The notes under the pieces: generated by a model
Database searches by the model: none
What the model was told of the DNA's origin: nothing
Seen by the model: only the letters and a program-made list of their open reading frames with translations
Made by a program: the position numbers and the translations under genes
Shown: positions 1 through 8,597 of the stretch, in pieces
Position numbering within the stretch: the first letter of the stretch is position 1
How the letters are laid out: the number at the start of each line of letters is the position of its first letter
Source: Spirochaetia bacterium
GTDB lineage: Bacteria > Spirochaetota > Spirochaetia > DSM-2461
Direction: 5' to 3'
NCBI GenBank assembly: GCA_963668315.1
Contig: OY764216.1
Coordinates: 2,656,001 to 2,720,000, forward strand
Length of the DNA: 64,000 nucleotides

Positions 1-66
1 GTCGGAGTGAATGGCCAGGTCGGCCAGAGCTTCCAGTCCGTATCGTCCTTTTGTGGATATTTTCAA
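1..66 (-). CDS. Rrf2-family (IscR/CymR-like) transcriptional regulator, 5' part only; runs off the window start
   Basis: Minus strand from TTG at 66 reads MKISTKGRYGLEALADLAIHSD, the typical Rrf2 N-terminus; GAGG RBS upstream. Not in the ORF track. Confidence 0.85.
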   Translation of the reverse strand, partial: MKISTKGRYGLEALADLAIHSD

Positions 67-118
67 GGGAAAACCTCTTTCCTGGGATGGGAGGGGCGTG
101 GGGCTCCTCGGGTAATAT

Positions 119-146
119 ATTCTACCGGAGGGACCGGTCTAGTCAA
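119..146 (-). promoter_or_regulatory. sigma70-type promoter of the Rrf2 gene with a palindrome in the spacer
   Basis: Minus strand TTGACT-16bp-TAGAAT; ACCGG-N5-CCGGT at 124-138. Confidence 0.55.
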
Positions 147-474
147 TCCCCTCTTTGTGTTCCCATTCTTTGACATGGTTCTTTATACCGTGACTTTTAT
201 CCTTGAAATTACATGAAAATGCTCTGCCCATCTATTCTATCTATAGGTTTTGCCATGAGATTCCTGGCCATGTCAAAAAATCGGAACATTAGCTTAGTCT
301 TTCGCTTCCTTTGTGAATGTCGTGGCCCGGGCTTGAGAATAGTAACAATCCGCTTCGTATGGAAAAGGGATGGGGAGGGTGCCCGGGAGGGCAGACCGGA
401 GGGCCGGAGCGAAGAGCGGAGCCCGGACCAAGCCCGGTCCCGGCGGCCCCCGCCGGGATTTCCCCGGATTATTC

Positions 475-505
475 TTGACTTTTTGGGTGAAAATCCGTAT
501 ATAAT
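475..505 (+). promoter_or_regulatory. sigma70-type promoter of the thrS leader
   Basis: TTGACT at 475-480; TATATAAT at 498-505, immediately before T-box stem I. Confidence 0.6.
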
Positions 506-509
506 TAGT

Positions 510-820
510 AAGGCATTGAAGGAGACGAGTAGGTTCACACTCCGTCACAGAGAGGTTTTCCGGATCGGTTCTTCCCAGGAGGAACCGGCAGGCTGGAAGA
601 AGACCGTCGGAAGCGTTCCGAATACCCCTCCCGAGCCGCGCGCCGAACGCCGGAAACGGTTATTAGACCGCGCCGTGACCCCGCGACAAGGGGGAGCTAA
701 GTGCGCCGGGGAGCGAGACACTGTCCCAGGCGAAAAAAGGTGGTACCGCGGAGAACCGTTGCGTTCTTCGTCCTTTGTTAGTTAAACGAGAGGGCGGAGA
801 AGGAGAGGGTTCTTTTTTTT
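510..820 (+). ncRNA. T-box riboswitch, Thr specifier (ACC), transcriptional attenuator type
   Basis: GA/K-turn base GGCATTGAAGGAG...CTCCCGAGCC; AGTA; AG box CAGAGAG 548-554; GGCTGGAA 591-598; specifier GAAT-ACC 624-626; T-box AAAAAAGGTGGTACCGCG 733-750 pairing with CGTCCTTT; terminator with U-run to 820; directly upstream of thrS. Confidence 0.93.
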
Positions 821-874
821 CGCCCACGGGATGTTTTGAACTGGATTCAAGCCGTCCCGCAGGAGGTACTTAGT

Positions 875-2638
875 ATGGCGGAATTGTCATCTAAAGAAAA
901 GAAAAAGCTGGAGAAACTGGCCACCATGCGCCACTCCATGGCTCACGTGATGGCGGCGGGAGTTCTGAAACTCTTCCCCGAGGCGAAGATCGCCATCGGC
1001 CCGTCCATCGAAAACGGTTTTTACTATGACTTCGATCTGCCCCGGTCTCTGACGGAGGAGGATCTTGAGGTGATTTCCGAGAACATGAAGGAAGTCATCG
1101 CCCAGGATCTGGCCATCGAGCGGGAAGAGGTATCCCGGGCCAGGGCTCTGGAACTGTTCGCCGATCAGCCTTACAAGGTGGAGCTTATCAACGAGCTGCC
1201 CGAGGACGAGGTCATTTCCATTTACAAGCTGGGAGACTTTACCGATCTCTGCCGCGGCCCCCACGTGGAGAGTACGTCCCGGCTGAATGCCCAGGGTTTC
1301 AAGCTTCTCTCCGTTGCCGGCGCCTACTGGCGGGGCGATGAGAAACGGCCCATGCTTCAGAGAATCTACGCCACCGCTTTCGGCGATCCCAAGCAGCTGA
1401 AGGCCCATCTGGAGCATCTGGAAGAGCTGAAACTGAGGGATCACCGCCGCATCGGCAAGGAGCAGGACCTTTTCAGTCTCCATGAGGACGCCGGCCCCGG
1501 TCTGGTTTACTGGCACCCCAAGGGCGGACGCATGCGCGTGGCCATTGAGAATTTCTGGCGGGATGAGCACTACAAGAACGGTTACGAGATCGTTTTTACT
1601 CCCCATGTGGGAAAAAGTTGGCTCTGGGAAACTTCGGGCCACCTGGATTTCTACAAGGAGAGCATGTACAACCCCATGGAGATGGATAAGTCGGACTACT
1701 ACTGCAAGCCGATGAACTGTCCCTTCCATATCATGATTTATAACGAAGGCAAGAAGTCCTACCGGGATCTGCCCTGCCGCTGGGCCGAGCTGGGTACGGT
1801 TTACCGCTATGAGAAGTCCGGTACCCTCCACGGCCTGAGCCGGGTGCGCGGCTTTACCCAGGACGACGCCCATATCATCTGTACCCCCGATCAGATGGAT
1901 AACGAGATTACCGAAGTTCTGCGTTTCAGCCTGTTCATGCTCAAGTCCTTCGGGTTCAATGAGATCTCCGCCTATCTGAGCACCCGGCCCGAAGGCAAGT
2001 GCGTCGGCGAGGAGAAGGACTGGGAATCGGCCCAGGAAGCTCTGCGTGTCGCCATTGAGAAGGAAGGGCTTGAGTACAAGATCGACGAGGGAGGCGGCGC
2101 TTTCTACGGTCCCAAGATCGACCTGAAGGTCAAGGATACCATGGGACGGGAGTGGCAGCTCTCCACCATCCAGTTCGACTTTAACCTGCCCGAGCGCTTC
2201 GACATGACCTTTGTGGATACGGACGGCAAGGAGAAGCGGCCTTTCATGGTTCACCGGGCTCTTCTGGGGTCGCTGGAGCGGTTCTTCAGTGTCATGGTGG
2301 AGAATTACGGCGGGGCCTACCCGGTCTGGCTCTGTCCCGTTCAGGTTCAGGTTATTCCGGTGGGTCACAACTTCGACGATTATGCCAATGACGTCTGGAA
2401 GCAGCTCAGGGCCGCCGGGTTCCGGGCCGAGAAGGATCTGGGCGACGACAGAATGAACGCCAAGATACGGGAAGCGCAGAATCAGAAGATTCCCTACATG
2501 GTCGTCCTGGGAGCCAGGGAGCAGGAGGAGGGCAAGGTGAGCCTCCGTACCCGCTCGGGCGAGCAGATCAACGGTCTTTCCCTGGATGAGGCGATTAAGC
2601 TGATTCAGGAGAAAATCGATACGAAGGCTATGCCGTAA
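875..2638 (+). CDS. thrS: threonyl-tRNA synthetase
   Basis: RHSMAH and DLCRGPHV editing domain, KPMNCP, YRYE, GAFYGPKID, HRALLGSLERF. Start moved to ATG 875 behind AGGAGG. Confidence 0.98.
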   Translation: MAELSSKEKKKLEKLATMRHSMAHVMAAGVLKLFPEAKIAIGPSIENGFYYDFDLPRSLTEEDLEVISENMKEVIAQDLAIEREEVSRARALELFADQPYKVELINELPEDEVISIYKLGDFTDLCRGPHVESTSRLNAQGFKLLSVAGAYWRGDEKRPMLQRIYATAFGDPKQLKAHLEHLEELKLRDHRRIGKEQDLFSLHEDAGPGLVYWHPKGGRMRVAIENFWRDEHYKNGYEIVFTPHVGKSWLWETSGHLDFYKESMYNPMEMDKSDYYCKPMNCPFHIMIYNEGKKSYRDLPCRWAELGTVYRYEKSGTLHGLSRVRGFTQDDAHIICTPDQMDNEITEVLRFSLFMLKSFGFNEISAYLSTRPEGKCVGEEKDWESAQEALRVAIEKEGLEYKIDEGGGAFYGPKIDLKVKDTMGREWQLSTIQFDFNLPERFDMTFVDTDGKEKRPFMVHRALLGSLERFFSVMVENYGGAYPVWLCPVQVQVIPVGHNFDDYANDVWKQLRAAGFRAEKDLGDDRMNAKIREAQNQKIPYMVVLGAREQEEGKVSLRTRSGEQINGLSLDEAIKLIQEKIDTKAMP

Positions 2639-2644
2639 GGCTCT

Positions 2645-3379
2645 ATGAATCAAGGTTCTCCCTACGGGTGGCTTTTTTTCGCCGCCCTGGGCCTGGGGCT
2701 TTTCCTGTCGTCTCTCGTCAGGAAAGAGAGGAGCCGGATCTGGCTTATGGCCGGTTTTTCTCTTTTTCTCCTCGCCCTGGGGGGAGCCTTTATTTTTACT
2801 GATTTTATCGTCAGCGGTTTTATTGCCGAAAGGCTTATTCCTTTCTACCTGCCCATGACGGCTTTTTTCTTTGTTCTTTCCCTGCGGCTGGCCGTTCTGC
2901 CTTCCGCGCTCATTCTGCTTTTTTCCCTTATTCCCCTCATCTGGGGAACATCCGGGGTATATTCCCTGGAAGAAGGGATCTATCCGGCGAAGGTTACCTG
3001 TTATCCCGATACGGCTGCGGGCCGCAGTTACCATATTGTTTACAGCGACGGACGGGAATCCTCCGTGACCGGCTGCGGCGATTACCTTGTCGTGGAGAGG
3101 ATCAGCTGGGACTGGCGGCTTTTCTTTCTGACGCCCCGGGAATTTCCCGTCGGTTTCAATTCCCATGACAGCGGGGATGGGGCGTCGGCCGATGGGGAGA
3201 GGATGGTCCGGCTGACGATGAAGATGCCGACCGTTACGGAGCGGCCGGGGATGAGGCGGGACCTCTTTCTTGTCGGGCCCATAGAGAATGACCTGTTCTA
3301 TTCCTGGTGGCTGATACGGAATTATCGGGGGGAACTGGTGCTGACGTCTCAGAATCCGGGATCTTTGTCCCAGCCTTAA
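2645..3379 (+). CDS. hypothetical membrane protein (about 4 N-terminal TM helices plus soluble domain)
   Basis: 6 bp after thrS; hydrophobic N-terminal half. Confidence 0.7.
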   Translation: MNQGSPYGWLFFAALGLGLFLSSLVRKERSRIWLMAGFSLFLLALGGAFIFTDFIVSGFIAERLIPFYLPMTAFFFVLSLRLAVLPSALILLFSLIPLIWGTSGVYSLEEGIYPAKVTCYPDTAAGRSYHIVYSDGRESSVTGCGDYLVVERISWDWRLFFLTPREFPVGFNSHDSGDGASADGERMVRLTMKMPTVTERPGMRRDLFLVGPIENDLFYSWWLIRNYRGELVLTSQNPGSLSQP

Positions 3380-4608
3380 TGTTCCTATTCTTTGACATCA
3401 ATTCGTTCTTAGACCGCTTTTCTATTCAACGGATTCAGAAGATTTCTTGTCCAGTGAGCTTTCTGAAAATCCGTAAGATACTCCATAAAATCCTCTTCTC
3501 TTTTTCTGCATCCATGGAACACCTCGTTAATTATCTCCCAGTTTTTTTCCGGTGTAAAACCGGCAGCGTGACTATGTGTAAGGTATTTTCTGTTCCTTTT
3601 ATTTATTCGAAAAGGTTTAAGGAAATTATGCCAGAAGCAGTAGCAGGAAAATCTGTCCATACTGTTATTCATATTTCTTCCAAACTGAACCGTCTCCCGT
3701 ATATATTCGGCTAAATCCTTTCTTATCTGTCTGTCTATATAGTTGCAGGGAAATAATTTGTTTTGATAATTCCGTTCTATTCGGGAGTTCGTCCTTCTGT
3801 GGCGTATTTTGTGTGAAAGAAATTCGTATTGTTCAAACTGATGGCGATAGATGGGGTGTTCATCCGTATCAAGAATAACTGAGGGCAAGGAAGATTTTTC
3901 TGATTTTTCCGAAAGAAAGCGCAGTATCTCCCTGAAACTCCGGGAGGCAGCTCCCTTCTCAAACAAGGCTGATTCATAGAGCTCTGATTTTCTTTTTTTC
4001 TGTTCTTCTGTGCAGGCTCCCTTACGTTTAAAGTGGTAGGCATTGAAGGTGTAGATAAATTGGGATCGTTGACCGGCCAGGATATTTACATTGGTCGGGA
4101 AATACTGGGAGAGAATGAAGTTTTCCAACCCGTCGGCGGCCACCGATTCACTGAGCTCCAAATCATGGATTTCCTTAGGACATACAGAAGTTATTCTCTT
4201 CGACAGACGTTGAATGCGGTTCGTGATGATACTGGGGGAGGAATGCATGGCCCGCGCCATATCTCTGATGCCTGAACCGCTGACAAGATGGTTCAGAAGG
4301 GTGGGGTAAGAAAGCTTCTTGTGAACATAATGGTCTATTGTGAAATAAGATAGAGAGAATGTGGATAAACAGTCCTTGCATTGATAACGTTGAACCATAC
4401 CATCCCTCTTTGTTTTTACAAAGCCCTTCTTACGTATCCAGGAATTGCTTTCAGATGTATGAGGATGATTAACGCACTTCGGATTAGGGCAGTATATCTG
4501 ATTGGACAATGTGAATCTCCTTCTTTCAAGTCACTAATAGAAGGGAGGATTTTTTTAGGGGAAAACCCAATATTTCAGAAAATTATGTCAAACCTTTGTG
4601 ACATTACC
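3375..4608 (-). mobile_element. IS1/IS1595-like insertion sequence with imperfect terminal inverted repeats
   Basis: AT-rich block. Left end TAATGT-N8-TTTGACAT (3377-3398); right end read inward GGTAATGT-N8-TTTGACAT (4608-4585). GGTAATG is the IS1-type terminus. No target duplication seen. Confidence 0.7.
3409..4509 (-). CDS. IS1-like transposase (Zn ribbon + HTH + DDE-like domain), single ORF
   Basis: CPNPKC...QRYQCKDC InsA-like zinc ribbon; HTH (GIRDMARAMHSSPSIITNRI); acidic motifs ADGLE and DTDEHPIY. Confidence 0.75.
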   Translation of the reverse strand: MSNQIYCPNPKCVNHPHTSESNSWIRKKGFVKTKRDGMVQRYQCKDCLSTFSLSYFTIDHYVHKKLSYPTLLNHLVSGSGIRDMARAMHSSPSIITNRIQRLSKRITSVCPKEIHDLELSESVAADGLENFILSQYFPTNVNILAGQRSQFIYTFNAYHFKRKGACTEEQKKRKSELYESALFEKGAASRSFREILRFLSEKSEKSSLPSVILDTDEHPIYRHQFEQYEFLSHKIRHRRTNSRIERNYQNKLFPCNYIDRQIRKDLAEYIRETVQFGRNMNNSMDRFSCYCFWHNFLKPFRINKRNRKYLTHSHAAGFTPEKNWEIINEVFHGCRKREEDFMEYLTDFQKAHWTRNLLNPLNRKAV

Positions 4609-4650
4609 CGATCAGTTGATTCACCCGCTAAAAACGGCTATTCTATAGGC

Positions 4651-5751
4651 ATGAGCATCACTGAACAGACAGCGTCCGGAACTATCGCTTTCACGGGAGG
4701 CGGAACGGGCGGACATGTCTATCCCGCCAAGCCGATTATCGACCGTATTCTCAGGGAAAGTCCGGAAAAATCCCTTTTTTGGATCGGTTCCTCCGGGGGA
4801 ATGGAAGAGGCTATCCTCAAGGACTGGGACATTCCCTATTACGGTATCCCCTCCGGTAAATTGCGGCGCTATTTCGATCTGAAGAATTTTACCGATCTTT
4901 TTAGGATTCTCCGCGGTTTCTTTATCGCCCGCCGTGTTTTAAGAAAGTACAGGCCGGATTTTCTCTTTTCCAAGGGAGGCTTCGTTTCTGTCCCCCCTGT
5001 TCTGGCAGCCAGAAGCCTGGGGATTCCGGTCTACACCCATGAATCGGATGTCACTCCCGGTCTGGCCACCCGCATCAACAGCCGCTTTGTCAATCGGATC
5101 TTCCTACCCTACGAGGAGTCCGTTCAGTATACCGCCGCTCCCTACAGGCATAAATGCGTTGTCAGCGGAAACCCCGTACGGGAAAACTTCTTCACAGGCG
5201 ATCCCGTAAGGGGGAGATCTTTTATAGGAGCTTCCGGAAACCTTCCCGTTCTTCTGGTTATGGGCGGCAGCCTGGGGGCGGAACAGCTCAATCGCCTTGT
5301 AGAAGACCGCCTGGATGAACTGACGAAGTTCTGCTTTGTCGTTCATCAGACGGGAAAGGGAAATTACACCCCCCTGGAGAGGGAAAACTATTTCCGTGCT
5401 CCCTATTTCAATGAGGAGCTTTTCGACATCATCGCCGCCGCCGACGGGGCGATTTCCCGGGCGGGAGCCGCGGCTATCTGGGAGCTGGCCGCTTCAAAAA
5501 CGCCCATGCTTCTTCTGCCCCTGGTCAAGGGGAGCCGGGGAGACCAGGTCTATAACGCCCGGATCTTCGAACAGGCCGGAGCGGCCGTGATCCTCAGAGA
5601 AGAGGAACTGGATAAGGAGAGCTTTATTGAGAAAGTGAAGGGGATCCTTACCGGAAAGAGTCCCGACTGGGAAGGCATCGGAGAAAAGCTGAAAATGGGC
5701 AAGGCGCAGGATATTATCCTCAGTACCATCGGGGAGGATCTCCGCCCATGA
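4651..5751 (+). CDS. murG: UDP-GlcNAc:lipid I N-acetylglucosaminyltransferase
   Basis: GGGTGGHVYP, SKGGFVSVP, HESD, GNPVR, GGSLGA, SRAGA. Start at ATG 4651. Confidence 0.97.
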   Translation: MSITEQTASGTIAFTGGGTGGHVYPAKPIIDRILRESPEKSLFWIGSSGGMEEAILKDWDIPYYGIPSGKLRRYFDLKNFTDLFRILRGFFIARRVLRKYRPDFLFSKGGFVSVPPVLAARSLGIPVYTHESDVTPGLATRINSRFVNRIFLPYEESVQYTAAPYRHKCVVSGNPVRENFFTGDPVRGRSFIGASGNLPVLLVMGGSLGAEQLNRLVEDRLDELTKFCFVVHQTGKGNYTPLERENYFRAPYFNEELFDIIAAADGAISRAGAAAIWELAASKTPMLLLPLVKGSRGDQVYNARIFEQAGAAVILREEELDKESFIEKVKGILTGKSPDWEGIGEKLKMGKAQDIILSTIGEDLRP

Positions 5752-6230
5752 TTTTCGCCCCCTGGGAAGGACTGTTTTTAGGCGTTATTCTCATTTCTCT
5801 GATCCTCGGAACACGAAAGGGCGGGCTCAGAACCATGACGTTTTTTGCCGCCCACCTTTTTCCCTTTGTCTTCGCTCTGGTATTTACTCCTTCGGTGGGA
5901 GAACTCATTGCGGAGAAGGCGGCGATCAGCCTGAGTTCCTGGTTTCCTCTCTTTGTACCCGTCTATCTCCTTCCCATGATCATTCTTACACAGCTCTTTC
6001 GCGTTCTATACAAAAAAAGCCTTTCCGGAATGGGAGAGAAGAAAGGCCTTGTTTTCAGAATGGGGGGATTTCTCATGGGACTCCTCACCGGTGTCTTTTT
6101 CTCCCTGGCCCTGACCTGGCTTCTGCTTCTCCAACCCTGGATCTCCCGTGATCTGATATATCGATGGGGGGGGACCGTTTTTAATCATGCGGCCCTTCTG
6201 CTGCAGGTTTTTATGAGGTTTTATGTTTGA
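5748..6230 (+). CDS. cvpA: CvpA-family (colicin V production) membrane protein
   Basis: Four hydrophobic segments, R-x-GG-x-x-G motif; position between murG and the delta'-like gene as in spirochaetes. Confidence 0.65.
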   Translation: MIFAPWEGLFLGVILISLILGTRKGGLRTMTFFAAHLFPFVFALVFTPSVGELIAEKAAISLSSWFPLFVPVYLLPMIILTQLFRVLYKKSLSGMGEKKGLVFRMGGFLMGLLTGVFFSLALTWLLLLQPWISRDLIYRWGGTVFNHAALLLQVFMRFYV

Positions 6231-7407
6231 AAATTTACTGGAACAGACACGTTTCAAGGAAACGATAATCAGGGATATCTCCCACTCCGCTCTTCCTCCG
6301 TCCCTTCTTTTTTCCGGTCCTGCCTACTCCGGGAAAATGACCGCCGCCCTGGAGGTTATGCGGGTACTGAACTGCCGGAAGAGCAATGCCCCCTGGGGAT
6401 GCGACTGCCATGCCTGTCAGGCCTCCCGGCTTCTCCTGCAGCCCCATCTGCTGCTTCTGGGAAAGCGTTCCTTTTACGAGGATATCGCCGCTTCGGCCGA
6501 TCTTTTCCGCCGGGATGACCGGGATTCCTCCCGCTATAAACTGATCCGCAGCACCAGGAAACTCTTGAGGCGTTTTGATTCTGTTCTCTGGGACGGGGAG
6601 GAGAAGAAAATAGCCAAGGGAAGCAAAGCGGTCCAGGATATAAACGATTTTCTCATAGCCATAGAGCCCGGCAGGAACGAGCTTTCCGAAAAGGAGAAAA
6701 AGGAGGGGCTCGACTTTCTGGAAAAGTCCGTGCCCGATCTGGAAAAACTGATTCCCGCCACCATTCCTATCAATCAGATACGCCGGGTTAGCAGCTGGAG
6801 CCACCGGGCGTCGGGGGGCGTGGATCATGTGAAGGTGGTGGTTATGGAGAGGGCAGAGAGTATGCAGGACAGTTCCCGCAATGCCCTTCTCAAACTTCTT
6901 GAGGAGCCGCCGGAAGACCTCTACCTGATCATGCTGACCGAGAGAAAGCGCATGATTATGCCCACCATTCTCTCCCGGGTCAGGAACTACTCCTTTGCCG
7001 GCCGCAGCGCCCGGGTCTCCCGTGATATTGTCTCGCGCCTGTACCGGACCGAGGCGGATATCCACTCCCTGGACGACTGGTTCGGCAGTTTCCGCCATTC
7101 CGGGGAATCCAGGCTGGCCGAGCTGGCCGAATCCTTTCTGCGCGATCTGTGCAGCCGGGAGAAAACCTTTCCCTCCCGCATCTTTGAGGGAATGGAGCCG
7201 GACGACCTGCAGACCTTTTACCAGGAACTGTTCCGGACCCTGCGCCTCTGGCAGAGACGATCCTTCAAGGGCGACGGGGGGCTCCCTCTGTCGGTTCTGG
7301 AGAAATGGAACGTTATTCTCAGGGAGAGCTACCACGGCGTGGAGATGCTTAATCAGAATCCTCTCATGCTTCTTGAGGCGTCCTATTACCGAATGAGGGA
7401 GATCTGA
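6223..7407 (+). CDS. holB: DNA polymerase III delta'-like clamp-loader subunit
   Basis: LLFSGPAYSGKMT, C..CDCHAC zinc motif, NALLKLLEEPP, PTILSR. Confidence 0.8.
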   Translation: MFENLLEQTRFKETIIRDISHSALPPSLLFSGPAYSGKMTAALEVMRVLNCRKSNAPWGCDCHACQASRLLLQPHLLLLGKRSFYEDIAASADLFRRDDRDSSRYKLIRSTRKLLRRFDSVLWDGEEKKIAKGSKAVQDINDFLIAIEPGRNELSEKEKKEGLDFLEKSVPDLEKLIPATIPINQIRRVSSWSHRASGGVDHVKVVVMERAESMQDSSRNALLKLLEEPPEDLYLIMLTERKRMIMPTILSRVRNYSFAGRSARVSRDIVSRLYRTEADIHSLDDWFGSFRHSGESRLAELAESFLRDLCSREKTFPSRIFEGMEPDDLQTFYQELFRTLRLWQRRSFKGDGGLPLSVLEKWNVILRESYHGVEMLNQNPLMLLEASYYRMREI

Positions 7408-8597
7408 TGAACAAATTTATCCGGCAGACGATCAAAAGAGTGGACAAACTTGACTGCGGTCAGGTTCAGAGACTTCTTTTCGACATGGTCGATGAGAATG
7501 AGCTACTGGCCATGGTTACCTCCTCCATTGACGCGGGTATGATCATTTCCGATAATCAGCACCGTATCATGCATGTGAACCGTCCCCTTCATCGCATGAT
7601 GCCCGTCAGAAGGGTGAATTATACGGAGTATTACAGCTGGGAGATTATCGAAGACGACGAGATAGCCGATTTCGTCCATGAGAGCCTTCTGAGAAAGGAG
7701 ACCGTCCGGGACAGGGAATACATACTGGATATTTCGGGAAGGACCATCATCCTGCGCCTCTCCATCCTGCCCCTGGTAAGCGAGGGACGCATCCGGGGGA
7801 ATCTCCTCTATGTGGAAGATGTCACCCGCCTGAAGAACCAGGAAGCCCAGCTCAGAAGGGCGGAAGGACTGGTTTCCCTCTCCACCATGACCGCAGGAAT
7901 CGCCCATGAAATTAAAAATCCCCTCGGTTCCATGGCCATCTATATTCAGCTGATGCAGAAGATGCTCAAAAAGGATGGCGATGTTCCCCGGGATGAACTC
8001 CTGAGCTACCTGGATATTGTCAACGAGGAGGTCGACCGGCTGAATTCCATCGTGGTGGATTACCTCTTCGCCGTCAAACCCATAGATGCCACCCTCCTCA
8101 AGAGGGATATCCATGGAGTACTGAATGAGGTTATGGATTTCATCGGCAAGGAGATGGAGTTCGACGGTATCAAGGTGGACTACCATATAGACGACAATCT
8201 CCCCTGGATACAGCTTGATGAAAATCTGATCAAGCAGGCCCTTCTTAATCTGATCAAAAACGCCCAGCATGCCATGGAAGGGGGCGGAACCCTTACGGTA
8301 AACTGTGTGAACAAGGACGACCAGATTCTTCTGACCATAGGGGATACGGGCTCGGGGATTTCCCGGGAGGCGATGGAAAAGATCTTCGAACCCTACTTTA
8401 CCACCAAGGACACGGGTACCGGTCTGGGCCTTACCGTGGTCTATAAAATCATAAAAGAGCACGGGGGCGATATCGATGTCCGTTCCCGCGAAGGGGAGGG
8501 TACGACTTTCTGGATCACCTTCCCCGTTCCCCAGGAGGGGGAGAAACTGCTGATTTTTGACGATAAATCATCCGAAGAGGTGACTGATGACGTTTAA
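7407..8597 (+). CDS. cytoplasmic PAS sensor histidine kinase (Hk2/NtrB-like)
   Basis: H-box AHEIKNPL, N-box NLIKNA, DTGSGI, FTTK, GTGLGL. Confidence 0.95.
   Translation: MNKFIRQTIKRVDKLDCGQVQRLLFDMVDENELLAMVTSSIDAGMIISDNQHRIMHVNRPLHRMMPVRRVNYTEYYSWEIIEDDEIADFVHESLLRKETVRDREYILDISGRTIILRLSILPLVSEGRIRGNLLYVEDVTRLKNQEAQLRRAEGLVSLSTMTAGIAHEIKNPLGSMAIYIQLMQKMLKKDGDVPRDELLSYLDIVNEEVDRLNSIVVDYLFAVKPIDATLLKRDIHGVLNEVMDFIGKEMEFDGIKVDYHIDDNLPWIQLDENLIKQALLNLIKNAQHAMEGGGTLTVNCVNKDDQILLTIGDTGSGISREAMEKIFEPYFTTKDTGTGLGLTVVYKIIKEHGGDIDVRSREGEGTTFWITFPVPQEGEKLLIFDDKSSEEVTDDV

Noticed and set aside
209..785. ORFs 213-785(+), 209-538(-) and 294-548(-)
   Set aside because: They overlap the promoter and T-box leader and show no protein-family features.
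887..3166. Long antisense ORFs (also 29566-32340, 36738-38555, 9289-10854, 17619-19052 and many shorter ones)
   Set aside because: They are shadows of GC-rich coding genes on the opposite strand and show no recognisable motifs.
4381..4650. N-terminal extensions of murG, thrS (836), katG (17547) and the polB fragment (24235) given in the ORF track
   Set aside because: They run through IS ends or promoter DNA; homology and initiation signals begin at downstream starts.
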